A stretch of 61,763 nucleotides of DNA, counting the filler, from Vermamoeba vermiformis (Eukaryota): the NCBI GenBank assembly GCA_045837725.1. It is 5 parts of 5 records of this genome, joined end to end, with 100 filler letters (N's around TTAATTAATTAA, not from the genome) between each part and the next. Parts side by side here need not be neighbours in the genome. Positions count along the whole stretch, not along the records: positions 39,475 to 50,165 come from JBEWZL010000230.1; positions 50,266 to 58,758 come from JBEWZL010000231.1; 3 more parts are not named here. One strand, given 5' to 3'. The notes beneath the pieces were generated by a model. It was not told where the DNA came from and did no database searches. It saw nothing but the letters and a program-made list of their open reading frames with translations. Below are positions 39,475-53,200 of the stretch, piece by piece; the stretch's first letter is position 1; each line of letters starts with the position of its first letter. A program made the translations under genes and the position numbers.

Positions 39475-41908
39475 TTGCAACATTTTGCGCACTTCCTTGT
39501 CTTCGATGTCCATAATCTCGTACAAGGTCTCGCGTTGTGTCTTATTCAGCAGCTTGTCGGCGAGCAGAACTTTGATAGCCTCGAATACTCTTTCTTTGGG
39601 CAACTTTTTAATTATCGCTACGATGGTGCTCAACTCGTTCTTGGCCATCGTTTCGATTTGCTCTTTGCTGTAGCCTTGGTACAACTCCCATCGGTACTCT
39701 TGTGGGATGTAACCGAAGAAGCTGAGGAGAGAAGCGGTGTTCATCTTTTTCTCCTTGACCAGCGCAATGAATTTTCGTGCATAATTTTCGAAGATAGCCT
39801 GTTACATTACGTTAGGCATTATTTTTGAAATGATTTACAAAATACGTACTTTCAGGGCCTTTCTTCTTTCAGTTGGGTTTTCATCAGCGCTCGATTTAAC
39901 CAAGGAAGCAATGGTTTCGCACAAAGAAACCAATTCACTGCTGACAGCGTAAACGCTGTTCTCGGGTCTGTTTCAAAATTAGAATTTGCTAACTTGATGA
40001 GTTAAAGAATGTCTTACACTTCGGCAACGATGGGCCAAATTAATTCAAGCAAGAGCGAAGTAGTCTTGGGCAAGTTGTTGAGTGCAGTGAAAAGCACCCT
40101 AGCATTATAAGCGGTTCGATTCTCGGCGTCCAACTTTTCGAACTCTGGCCACAATTTCTTCACCAGCTTCACTTGATATTCATCCAGAAGAAGATATTTT
40201 GCTTCAGCTGCCTCACGAGTGATCTTCTTCTTGCTGACGCGGCTCTCAGTATTTGAGTAGTAGTTGGTCACTGCAGTTAAAAGTTTTGAGATGCAGTGCC
40301 ACCTGTTGTTCATAAAGCTAGATCTTTGGGCTCGTGTAAGATTATCAGGAGATAACGAGAACACAGCCTTGCACACGTCATCAACAAAAGTAGCGTATTT
40401 GTCCCAGCCGTAGTTTTGTTGAATGGCGTCAGCAACACTGCTCACTAAAGTCGAGTACTGATCAGTGAAGCTTCTTGGTTCCATCTTCGAATAGAACTCC
40501 AAGTAAAGGCGACGGTAAGACTCAAAAGAGACGAACTTCGGCAGTTGATGGAAATTGTGAGGGGTAACGATCGTTGTGTGGTCGTAGGAGTAACCGTAGG
40601 AGTAAACACTAGTATTGCTGGCAGGATTAAATTTAAGTTTGATGTAGCGCTTCACCATCACGTCAATGTACTCCTTTTCAAAGCGAGTGACGAAGTATGA
40701 GAGGTGCTTGGAGATCAAATCGGGCAGGCTGTCGGCCATTTCCCAGTCCTCTTCGGGCACATCGTCGTCTTCATTGTACGATTTGACGGCAGTGCTGTTC
40801 ACTTGGCAAGGTGGGTACTTGTTCCAAAGTACGAAGATCTGCTTTGCGAACTCCGCGTGGTGGAAGATTTCATTGATCGCATCATCGCGGTTTAAGAAAC
40901 CAGCCCAGCGGGACCACAAGTTAGCACGCTTCAACGGCTTGCACGCTTTGAGTTCGTCTTCCATTCTAGCCATCAGAACGTCGCCGTGATAACTGCGTTC
41001 ACATGTTAGATTCGGTTCGTCATGCAGCGCAATTGGCAAATCTTACCGAGCAACAAGGCCCCAGCGCACTCCTCTCTTGCTGGACATAACACGAGAGTCT
41101 TTCAGTAACTCACGTACTTGGTCCTTAGTGCAACCGTGCATCACATCCATGACGAACTCGATACCAAGCTTGATCAATTCAGGGTAAAGTTGTTGAACAA
41201 CAGCAGCTCGTCGTTCGCTAATGCACGCGTGCAAAAGCTTTCTACGAACGTGAGGGACAGCGCTCATGATCTCTTTCTTGAGTGCTTCGTCACTACGTCC
41301 GAAGTTAGTTAGACTGGTTTATTTGTGGATAGATTTGAGTGCAAACGTACCTCTTCTCTTGTTTAACGACTTCCTTGACTGTCAAACGCTTAAAGAAGGT
41401 TGAAGGACCTCGAAGTTCATTCTTCAGTACATCCAAGTTGGTCTTTGATGACGCGGCGGCCGTGAGGGCAACTTGGTCTTCATGATAGTACTTGGCAGTG
41501 TTCTTCTTTTGAGGCGGCAACATTTCGGTAAACTCATCCTCAGTCTCCATCACAGGCGCAGGAGGATCGGGATGCTAAAAATAAAATTTTTAAGACAATT
41601 GCAAGAGAACTTTCAATATAAAAAATATTACATCCATGTATTTAAATAATTTTAGGTCTCATAAAACTCTAGAGACGAAGTCTACAAAAATTAAATTTCA
41701 GATTCAAACAAAGACCTGGGTCTATTAAATTTGTTTGTCGTAAGTAATTAATTACCTTGCGCAAATTATCGATCAACTCCTTCAATTTTGGAGAGTCTTT
41801 GTGCGTTTTACCAAGCTGAGCAGCGTAGTGGATTCGTTGATGGTAATTCAACTTATCCACCGTGGCTAAGAGCTCTTCACGCGAGGGTAAGATATTTGGG
41901 TCTTGCAT
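39475..41908 (-). CDS. Large helical hypothetical protein (3' truncated by contig end)
   Basis: Chain of spliced minus-strand ORFs from ATG 41908. No recognisable catalytic motif. Confidence 0.7.
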
Positions 41909-42219
41909 GTTGTTGTTCAAAAAAGAAATAGTAATAAAAAGTTCGTCTCTTTTTTGACAAAAGACAAAACCAAAAATATCTCGAGTAATTCTCAATTACG
42001 AGACAAAGGCTATTGATATGCAGCTCATCTCCGTTTTTTGTGGAGGAAATGCTTAAAAATATGCCAAACAGTACGTATTTTGTACAAATCCCAGGGGTGT
42101 TTTGAATCGGATGCACAAACGTCATTCTCTCGTCACAATCGGACCCTGGCTAAACTTCTCTTTGGGCGAGATTTTGTAATTAAACTCTCAAGTTGGTCAC
42201 CATGGCTCGTTATCTACTT

Positions 42220-44126
42220 ATGCGAGCCACCTGTGTATTTTTATTAATCGGTTTAGTTTGTTGTTCTTTGGATGAGCTCCGTTACTCGTAAGTTAAATCT
42301 CGCATGATTGTCATAAAATAAAACGCATTTTTGCAATCATATTCAAGAATTTAATTTTCGAAAAGAGAGGAGTGTTATAATTGTGTCAACGATCCATTTA
42401 ATTTAGGCTGGTTGAACGGGCTCAAATGAGTTGCCAAAATAATGCAGATTGTGACGATGGCAACAAATGCACGAGTCATTATTGCGCTGATGGCGGTATG
42501 ATTAAAATGCCAATATTTTGAGATTTACTTCTAATTTTCTTCAGGATACTGTGTTTATTCTCCGCTTACCTGCGAAGATGATAACATGTGCACTACGGAG
42601 GAGTGCAATCCTACAATAGGATGTTTATTTAATGCCGTTAATTGCAGTGTGGTACGTGAATACAGTTGCTTGAATCTGGATTCTCATTTCACATTTGAAG
42701 GGTGTTGCTTGTGCGCAATCAGATTGCGACATTCATGCAGGATGTGTCGTTGATTACAGTGCTTGTGCTAATCGCGGTACTCAAGATTGCTGCACTGACA
42801 GCGTGTTACCATTTTGCGGTAACGACACTACCACGACTTGTGTAAGCTAGACATTGGATCTGTTTTTATAGTTGCATCATTTATCCTTTATGTAGGTGTG
42901 TTTGTTGGATTCTTCGTGCTGCTCGGATGCATGGACTACTCACTGTGTTTCGTTGGCCCAAGCATCCTGCGCTCTATCATGTGCACGTAAGACCAAGACT
43001 CAATGTACTAACTGATGTTTAAATGCACTATTGCAGCGCCTCTTGAGGAACCAGCTAATGACTTCTGCGCGTCTGCTATGCCTCTAACCGTCTCCGGTGA
43101 AGTTGGTACCCTTCTCACGCAACTCACTGCCGAGACACCAATTATCAGATTGACCTCGTGCTTTGGTGCGTTCGAATCTAAGGGTTTGTGGTTTACATTC
43201 ACGGGCACCGGCCAGGAGATCGTGTTCGACACGTGCTCGCAATTGACCGACTTTGAAACTACAATCCATGTCTTCACTGGTAGTTGCGACAACCTTGCAT
43301 GCGTTAGTTACGCAAACGGTGGCGAAGGTAACAACGGGAATTTTCACGATATCAAGCTCATCTTTATTAGACTGCACCGCTCGCCTTACATTCCAATCTG
43401 TGACCAACCAGTCCTACTACTTGTTCGTTGGTTCCAATACAAACGATCTCGCGGCGACAATCGGAAGCTTGGAATTGACCTACTATGACAGTTCGTGCAC
43501 TACCGACCAAGATTGCGTTGATGAAAGTAACATGTGCGACACTGCTCAATGTCTCGTCGGTACGTCCGAACTTCTATCGAGTAAATCAATTATTGATTGA
43601 TATGATAGGTCGCTGTCAGTACCAAGAAGTTGTTTGTCCGCCCGCTACTGGTGCTTGCAATGTATCAACCTGCGATCCTTACTCTGGTTGCGTCTACTCT
43701 ATCGATTCTGAATGCACGCCCTACAAGATTGACTGTTGTCAGCACAACTTGTATTCACCGGGATGCACTAACTCGCAAATCGAGCAGTGCGTCTGCGCCA
43801 TCGACAACAGGTGCTGCAACGAGGCTTGGTTTTCTATTTGTATCCAGATCGCGAGCGACAACTGCCAAGCACCTTGTTTCGCGACTGACTCTCCGACGAG
43901 CATTCCCAACGTCCCCATCACCGATGTTCCCAGTTCTTCTCCAAGTGCGGAAATTTCTCAGACGCCCACCGAAGATCGATCGCAAGGTGTAATTATTGCC
44001 CTAAGCATTTTGGTTGCAATCTTTGGCTTGCTTGCAATCATTGGACTGATTGTCATTATTTGGCAACGTCGTGCGTTAGGTAGAAGATATCAAAATGCAG
44101 ATCCTCTTTTGATGAACTACAACTGA
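42220..44126 (+). CDS. Cys-rich type I membrane protein (Dicty CTDC-like repeats, PPC-like beta-domain)
   Basis: Signal peptide MRATCVFLLIGLVCCS, CDDGNKCT/CEDDNMCT repeats, NDFCASA...LWFTF...DTC...DFETTIHVFTGSC, S/T/P stalk and C-terminal TM. Confidence 0.8.
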
Positions 44127-44309
44127 AGTTTTGGAAGTTAGATGAGCGCTACGTATCGTAATCTTAGCTTACGTAAGCTTTTGTAACTTTGCGGTATCTT
44201 TCAGGTCCAAAATAAATTTCAGTGAAATATGATTGATAAAACCTTTGTTTCCGCTCCGCAAAATTAAATCAAAATAGAATTATTCATGCAACAACACACT
44301 TCATCATAA

Positions 44310-47227
44310 ATGGATTCTGTAGAAATATTAAACGCTGGATTTATCTTTAGCATGGTGCTAGGGGCAGGTTTTCTTAGCTACACGATGTCCAGAAAAAATA
44401 CAAAATATAACAAGCCAAAACCTCAGGTACCGCAAAGCCCTAATATTATTTACCGATTATTTTCGGCCGTATTTATTATTTTTTTGAATTTTTCTGACAT
44501 CTGTTTTGGAGAGCGTAGAAATACCGAACGCGATTCAAGTGAAAGGGCACGGAATACCAAGAAGGAATGCTCATCATGCCAAGGAGTTAATTTCTACGTA
44601 CGACCCCGAAGTGTTGACACTTGCTGACTTGTTGGAGTACGTAGAGCACCAAGATTTTAAAATACCTTTCGGCATTTAAAACTGTACATTATTAGGAGAA
44701 GCCACGAAAAGTATAAAAATCAAAATTGCCTTGGAGAACGCAAAGTTTTAAAGATCCACAAGGAGGAGAAAGTGAGCTACTACGTTGCCAAAAACGCGGC
44801 CATCTAACTCATTGTTTTAAGGTCGTGCACGGTGAAAAAAAGCAATGGACGTACCCTGAAATGAGCGAGTACAAATGGTTGACGTATGAACAATTTTACA
44901 ACCGTGCCCTAGATTTTGGCAGCGGTCTCATGGCTCTCGGCCTCAAGTCTGTACGTCATAAATATCTGTGTTGCATTGTATTAATGATATGTAGGGAGAT
45001 ATGCTTGGATTTTTTGAAGAGACACGGCTTGATTGGGTGACAGCTTATTTTGGCTGTGTCGTGCATAATGTTACTGCTTTGACTGTCTATGCTAACTTAG
45101 GCAAGGGCGCACTTGCTTATGCGCTAAATCAAGGCGAGGTCACGTGTTTGTTAACAAACGCCACTCAAATTAGTCTTGTGAGTATGACTTGATCCAAATA
45201 TGCATCCTAACAATTGAAAGGTGAAATCTATCGCTAAAGAGGTTCCGTCACTCCGTACAGTCATTTACTTTAATGACAGTAACGAGTCTAATATCGAGGT
45301 CCAATCGAACGGCCTGACTTTCTACTCATTCGAAGAAGTCGTGCAAAAGGTACCTGAAACTTGATTTGAACTCGATCCGATTACTTATTAATTCACGGTA
45401 ATGTAGGGACAGGGTAGCAACAGACGAGAAAAGACACTTCCAAAGGCGAACGATACCGCTGTCATCATGTACACGAGCGGCTCAACCGGCACGCCAAAAG
45501 GTGTGGTCATTCTCCACAGCAATATCATCAGCATGGCAGCAGCCATTAAGGAATACATTGAACTGCGCGACGATGACATGTACTTGTCGTATTTGCCCTT
45601 GGCTCACATTTTAGCTTTCTGCGTTCAATGTGCGGCATTAGGTGTGGGAGTACCTACTGGCTTTGGTGTAAGTTGTAATAGCTCGTCATTATATTTCGCT
45701 AATACGCGCTAGTCTCCTCGTACTTTGACCGATCAAACGGTCAAGAATAGCCGCGGTGATTTATCGGAATTGAAGCCAACTATTTTTGTCGGCGTGCCCT
45801 CGTAAGCAATCCAAGAGTAGAAGCGATTCTTACATTAATCCTCAAATGTAGTGTTTTCATGCGAATCAAAACAGCTGCGGACGCCAAGTTAAATCAAAGC
45901 AAGGTTGTTAAGTTCCTCTTCAATGCGTTCTACAGAGTGAAAACTGTTTTGCTCCAAGTTGGTAAGCCAATCGATGTTGTAACTATCGTGACGACGTAAC
46001 CTTTTGCAGGTGCTCCGACGTGGCTGCCGGACGCTATCGTATTCAACAAATTCAAGTCCCAAGTTGGCGGTAAGCTGCGATTGATGGTCTCTGGCGGTGG
46101 TGCATTGCCGTCATCCGTGCAATCGTGGCTGAGCACGTAAGTAGCCTACAGCGCACGTGTTAAATGACTGATGTTGAACGTAGCGTGTTTGGCATTCCGT
46201 TTATTCAAGGGTATGGGGCTACGGAAGTTGCCGGTGCTGCAGCCGTTCAGTTTCAAGACAACGTCAAGCCGGGTAGAGTTGGACCTCCTCTCTCTTGTAA
46301 CGGTAAGCTCTCAATTCTTGTTACTGCAGACCCTAAATATGTCTTAGAAATCAAACTCGTGGATCTGCCCGAAAAGAACTACACCAGCCAAGACAAGCCA
46401 TTCCCTCGTGGTGAGATTTGGATCCGAGGTCCAAACGTCGCTGCTGGCTATTACAAGAACGAGGAACAAACGTAGGTATTTCTTCATCAACAACTGTTCT
46501 AATTATTTCTCTCAGACGCCAAGCGTTTGTCTCGGGCTGGTTCCGAACAGGGGATATTGCACAGTGGAATGCAGATGGGTCCCTGAGTATCATCGATCGC
46601 GAGAAGAACTTAATCAAACCTCCACACGGTGAATACATTTCGTACGTATCTATCCATCTTACGTACGCATTCGGCTCATTGTTTGCTGCAGATTGGAGGT
46701 GTTAGAAACAGCATACAAATCAAATCCTTTATTTAACAATGTTCTTATATATGTCGATCAACATCACAACGGTATGTACTTTCCATTCACTATGCTTTGG
46801 CTAAATGTAAAACAAACAGATTGCGTGGCCGTAGTTGAGATTAACAAGCGCTCGTTGCAAGACTTGGCGAAGGCGAACAAAGTAGAGGTAAGGCTGTAAC
46901 GTCATAATTAATAAAAGCTCAATACGTGTGCAGCTGAATCCAGAGGACGAGAAATCGGTGAACGGCAAAGAGATACGCGCTGCCGTACTGAAAGAGCTGG
47001 TCAAAACAGCCAAGGCTCAAGACGTAAGTTCTATCCGAGTGCCTGTCTGTCACTAACCAATTTATTAGTTAAAAAGCATTGAAACAGTGCGAAGTGTAAC
47101 GATTAGTCCCGTCGAATGGACAGTAGACAACGAGCTCGTTACGGCAACTTTGAAGATCAATCGCAAAAAAGTTATTGAGCATTTCCAGAAGGATATTGAT
47201 TCAATGTACAACGAATTAGAAAAATAA
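44310..47227 (+). CDS. Long-chain acyl-CoA synthetase
   Basis: IMYTSGSTGTPKGV, YLPLAHI, IQGYGATE, PRGEIWIRG, GWFRTGDI, IIDREKNL. Confidence 0.95.
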
Positions 47228-47312
47228 ATGGCAAACAGGTACACGCGACTGGCACGTGTTGCGCGTGTTTGGCCGGTCGGTTTATTTATTTTTTACATTC
47301 GCCTGGAGAACG

Positions 47313-49903
47313 ATGAAGGGACAGGATTACTTTATTTTATTATTTTCCTATATTTATTTGTGTAGCTCGCTAACGCCCGTTACAATTCAATATTCAGAGA
47401 CAAGATGTGTCCGATCGTTTAATCCTTACGATCCGTTGCACGAATTTCTCCCTTGTGTTAAACCTGGAAGTACGTTCCCTCGTGTAATTGCAGAGTATAT
47501 GGCCGAATTATCGAATATTTTGAATTTTAACTGAACGATTTAATTAATTTTTGTTAGCGTCCTTTTGGGTCAGCGTCACCTTCAACGCATCAAGCGATTT
47601 ATTGACAAATGTGAAGATAAATCAAAATGAAACATTGTGCGCTCCCAACTGCATTTCTGGCATTTCTAACGTTCTTATTGGAACGTTCAACGCAGATTCA
47701 GAGAACACCGTTAATCTCACCTTATCAGCACCTGCAGTACCGGGTTTATACCAACCTTTAATCACAATTACAAGTAACGATATCGAGGTTGATACTTTCT
47801 ACCTACGGATCGAGGTACCACGCGACTTTTTACGCTCGATTACGATCTAAGGGCTAACACAGAACAATAGGTCACGTGTAGCAACGGAATATTTTGCGAC
47901 GGACAAGAGCGATGGGTTAACGGCGAGTGCGTTGCTGGTTCTGACCCTTGTGACGATGGATTCGACTGCACTACCGACTACTGCAGCGAGTCCACCCAGT
48001 TGTGCAGCTACACACCTTTTGGCTCGAACTGCCCTAGCTGCGGCGACTGCGACGAGACGTGCGCAGAGGCAGGCACAGTGTGCGGGCTGAATGATTGTGG
48101 CGAGGACTGTGGTTCGTGCGATGGAGTTGGTGACGTGTGTCTGCCCGACTTTGGCTGCACGAATTCATCGCTTGTAGTGGGTACGTACGGTGATGTCTGT
48201 TTGATGTTGAACACTGACCAATGGGAACCCAGGCACGTGCAGCAATCCGATAGTTCTGTTCCCTGAAGGCTTCACACTGGGATTGAACACAGTTGCGGGC
48301 ACAACCACTGATGGCGTGAACGCACTCGCGCCTTTGTGCGCTCAGTACTCTCGAGCACCGGAAAAGGTAAGGTCATCAGTGGCACCTCAAAGTTCAATAC
48401 TTACAGTGCCGATAGGTCTATAGCTTGACCGTGAATGCGTCATATTACGTAGATATTCGTGCGTATGGCGAGTTTGATGTGGTGTTGTCAGTGTTCACTG
48501 TCAACTTGTGCGGTCCTAATGTGTATCACTCTTGCAATGATGATGCGACGCCACCTGGTCAACTAGGTAGGTCTAGTTAAGGATGTTGTATTCATAAAGC
48601 TAACCTTGCTTTAGGTAGTCGCCTTGTGTTCAAGATCTACCCAGGCACTTACTATTATTTCGTCGATGGCTACTCGTCTCAGGAGTACGGTGATTTTACG
48701 CTGGAATTTCGGTTTGGTCAAACGTGCTTGCCTTCATGTTCTGGAAAATTTTGTGGCGATGACTTATGTGGGGGCGATTGCGGACCATGCGGCGATGGAT
48801 TCAGCTGTTCAAGCTCTTACACTTGTATCCCTGACCCGTGCATTAGTTCCTGCAACGTGACAAGATTTTGTGGTACTGGTGAGTGCGGCGAAGATTGCGG
48901 CACCTGCCCTACGGGCGAAATGTGCGTTCAAAGCACGGGCCAATGCGTGCCGATTCCGACCTGCAACCACTTAGTGCCTGTCTGCACGCCTGAGTGCGGT
49001 GCTGCGGAGTTTTGTGGCAGCGACTGCAGCTGCTATTCATTGGATTCCCCTCTACCTGATTTGGTCATCACTAAGGACTTCCTGCAGAACACCATTTCAT
49101 TTATAACGGAGACATTCGGAGAGAGCCACTGTGCTATTGTAGAAAAGTGTTTGAGTGGGCCAGGCACGCACCGATTGTTAAGATTTGGTATCGAGGCATT
49201 AAACCAAGGCAAGGGAGAGATCGTCGGCAGAAACCCCGCAGACAATCCGCAGTTGTACGAATGGTCACCTTGTCACGCACATTACCACTTCCAACAGTTC
49301 TCGGAGTACTTCTTGCTGTCGGCTGATGGCAAGGTCGTCAAAGAAGGCCGCAAACAAGCTTACTGTCTGCGAGATTCCGCACGTGTCTTGCAATCCCCTG
49401 CAATATCATGTAAGTCCAACCATGATTGCACACACCAAGGAATCAATGCTGGCTGGGCTGACATCTATGGACCAACTTTGGACTGCCAATGGTTGGAAGT
49501 GGATGATATTGAACCTGGTGACTATGTGTTATTCATCACTGTCAATCCTGCACGAATCATTCATGAAGCTAGCTTTGAGAACAATGGTGTTTATCTGCCT
49601 TTGACTATCACTGCCCAAGACTTGGGCCTCAACACTACTACACCCAGCACTCCAATCTCTTCGGTTGTTCCAATCACTTCTCCTGTTACCCAGCCTACTG
49701 CAACTCCAATGACCCCTCCTGTAAAAGTGACTTCTCAAGGGATTGAAAGCTCTTTGGCAATGATCAATTTTATTTCTACTTACATTGTAAATAAATTTGG
49801 CTTATTAATGTACTCGATGAAAGCCTGTTTTCTGATTCAAGCTAAACCTCTTCCTTACATAATAACTGCTATCTTAGCTATTTTAAATGTTGGAATGGTT
49901 TGA
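47313..49903 (+). CDS. Secreted or membrane Cys-rich protein with lysyl oxidase domain
   Basis: LPDLV...RLLRF...EWSPCHAHYH (Cu site), KQAYCLRDS, QGINAGWADIY...CQW...PGDY...VNP...E..FENN. Upstream CGDDxCG-type Cys repeats. Confidence 0.9.
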
Positions 49904-49952
49904 AATTGATTACAACAAGATTGGTTCTCTTGTTTTAAGTTATTAATGATGT

Positions 49953-50164
49953 TTAGGGTTAGGGTTAGGGTTAGGGTTAGGGTTAGGGTTAGGGTTAGGG
50001 TTAGGGTTAGGGTTAGGGTTAGGGTTAGGGTTAGGGTTAGGGTTAGGGTTAGGGTTAGGGTTAGGGTTAGGGTTAGGGTTAGGGTTAGGGTTAGGGTTAG
50101 GGTTAGGGTTAGGGTTAGGGTTAGGGTTAGGGTTAGGGTTAGGGTTAGGGTTAGGGTTAGGGTT
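49953..50164 (+). repeat. Telomere, about 35 perfect TTAGGG repeats
   Basis: Uninterrupted (TTAGGG)n to the contig end, in the correct orientation for a right chromosome end. Confidence 0.97.
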
Positions 50165-50165
50165 T

Positions 50166-50265
50166 NNNNNNNNNNNNNNNNNNNNNNNNNNNNNNNNNNN
50201 NNNNNNNNNTTAATTAATTAANNNNNNNNNNNNNNNNNNNNNNNNNNNNNNNNNNNNNNNNNNNN
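50166..50265. other. Artificial contig linker
   Basis: N44-TTAATTAATTAA-N44. Confidence 0.98.
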
Positions 50266-53200
50266 CCAAACGACTTTCAGCGTCGTTCCAGCGCGGCTTT
50301 AAGATCGCGAACAAAACGCGATCAAATCTCGGTGCAGTGACCGAGATAAATTAAGGTAGATTTTTTTATCCTTCCACCATTTATAACATTATTTATCGTA
50401 ATTCAATTTTTAAATTTTCAAGTTAAAAGTAGTCTGATCCGGATCGAGCCAAGTGCTCGGATTTTATCCGGATTTATAATTAATAGCGATAAAACTATAT
50501 TAAATACATTATGCTAACACTTCAATTTTTATTTAGATTATGTTCACGGTTATTTACCGCGATCGAAAGTTCTTGTGACTTTCAGTTCGCGAGATCCCGA
50601 CCACCAATGGTCGTTTCACGGTATACTGGCCTTTTCCGTTCGTGTCCCACGGCAGGGACGATCACCGTTGCTCGCTCGTTGGTTTGGCAACTAGATGCCG
50701 AGATCGGATGCGTTGGACGCATCAGAATAATTGGTAAGTAATTTTTTATTTCTAATAATAATCAATAAGACGCAGGGAACGCGTCAATTTAAAATTTAAA
50801 ATTACGCTTGGAATGTAAATTATTGCGAATTACGGATCGAGCTTCGTGCTCGTGTAAAATTCGAATTGTTGTTTATTTTATAATTAACATAATATATTTA
50901 TCGTTATTTAATAGGCAATTTGAACGTCAGAACTTTGGTGCGAGTTTTAGATCGAGAGCGAGTCCGATCTCTCGATTCCCAGTAATGAATCCAACGTAAG
51001 TAGTTTAAATAATTTATTTTATTATTTTTTAATAGTCTAATCCGGTTTATTTAGGCGGTACAAGTTACTCAGCACGGATCTAGATCGTCGACTTTGCGCG
51101 TTGATAATTTCCGTTTAAAGACAAAGATATTGCAGGTAAGTAAATATTAACGATTACCAAGCCAAGTAATAACGTTTTGTATTAATAGGAATACTCACAC
51201 GAACGATCGAGCCCGATGAGGCGGATCGAGAAGTACTGACTCGATCCGTTAAATTTTACTTGGCGGGGCCATTAGAGAATAAGAGTAAGTTATTTAGATT
51301 GTATAATACATTGAATAATTAATCTAATATCCTTTTATTATTTAGGTGACCCGACGCGTTGATCTAGGACTTGGCGATCTTGGTCTCGAACAAAGTACGG
51401 ATGCGGCCAACAGGTAAGTTAATTTACGCTTTAATAATTAATGTAACTAATAATTAACTCCTTGATATTATTAGAGTCAATGCATGATTGAATTAATCGT
51501 AGATCCCCGCGGGGCCCCGTTGATCCCCCGCTTCAGAAATTAATCCCGCGCGCATCGATCGCGCTACAAGTAAGTAGAACGCTTTAAATAATCATATAAT
51601 TACTTACGTATATCGTTTTTACTTCAGGTAAGAGCACGTCAGCGATTTTTTATTGTGTTGGACGCGCGATCTGACGCGAGCATTTTTATCGATTAGCAAC
51701 AAATTACAGACCCGTAAGTAGCATAAACCAATTAAACGTATATAGTAATCTAATATATTTCATCAGAGTTACTGAATTCGGTCACGCTACGGAGAAAGCG
51801 GATCCAAAACTTAATTGGATTCGCGACACGAAAAACAAATTGGAGCATTAAGGTAAGTTTATTTAAGTCCTTTGTTATTTTTATGGGTTTACTAACACCC
51901 TTTTATTAGTATTTTCAGGAGTATTTGGTTTACGTCGCCGATCCTTGAGGGCCCCGCGTTGATCCCTGGGTCAGCTCGATTGATTGCGGATAAGGTAGTT
52001 GAAACTCTATAAATATTCTAATTGACTAATTTTACTCATTATAGCGGTGGTCAGATCGAGGCAAAGTCTCGTGACGATGGAATGACGAAGAAATTTCATC
52101 CAACTAGCGCGATCCTTCAATTAATAGCACAACGCATCGATCGCACAAAAGGTAAGACAATATTCATTTAATATATTTATTTAAACGTACTAATGTTATT
52201 TTTACCAGGATTGAAGCGTTTAACAATGGTTTCGTGGATCGTGCACGCGGGATCTAACTCGGGTCAAATCTCGCGGCAGTAACGAATGAAAAGTAGTGTA
52301 AGTATATTTACGCGTTTATTAGTTACAAGTACTAACGCTAATTATTAATTTAACTAGATTGAATGAGTGAAGACATGTAGTAATGAAATCCGATCCGCAA
52401 CTTGAGCGGATGCGCGATCCTGAAATTGGCGGGGTGATTGCTTGGTAAGTATTATTTTCATGTAAATATAATTTTAAAGTATTGTTTTAATTATTGGTTC
52501 GATTACTGACTCAATTTATGCAGGGACCCTATCGGGGCTCCCGTACTTGAAAATTTTCGAAGTCCGAAGCGATCCGTCGTTCGCCAACACAGCGCATCGA
52601 TCGAGCCAAAGGTATGACCATATGATTATATATATTTGTTTAAACGTACTAATCCTATTTTTATCAGAATTGAAGCGTTTTACAATGGTTTCGTGGATCG
52701 TGTACCCGCGATCTAACTCGGGTCAAACCTCGCAGTAGAAGCGAAGGAAAAGAATGTAAGTTTATTTACGCGTTAATTAATGATAATTTCTAACGGTATA
52801 TATAACCAGATCGAGTGAAAGAAGAGATATAATAATAAAATGCGATCCGCAACTTGAGCGGATGCGCGATCCTCAAAAATTAGCAGAGCGATTACAAGGT
52901 AAGTTTTATTTGCGTAAATATAATACATAATCACTATATTAATCATTGGTTCAATTACTGACTCAATTTATGCAGGGACCCTCGCACTCCCCCGTACTGA
53001 AAATTTTCAAAGTCCAACACGATCTGTCACTTAATTACACAGCGCGTCGATCCCGCTAAAAGTAAGTAAATGATGTTTACTGAGTTAATTGTAAAGTATT
53101 AATGATATTTTTATTATAGTTGAAGCGCCGCAATTTAACTTCAAGGATCGAGAACACCCGATCTGATAGCGATGAAATCACGCAACAATAAACAATGACA

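Noticed and set aside
49941-49950. TATTAATGAT present before both the true telomere and the E2 junction (58722)
   Set aside because: Short AT-rich match at different distances, plausibly chance.
49946-50221. Poly-RV ORF
   Set aside because: Translation of telomeric repeats running into Ns.
49953-50330. Long telomere apparently adjacent to the left end of E2
   Set aside because: They are separated by an artificial linker, so the contigs are not known to be adjacent.
52209-52297. Array exons coding under a reassigned genetic code
   Set aside because: The adjacent YR2 gene and host genes end in standard stops and have no in-frame stops. Repeat copies also differ by frame-breaking indels.
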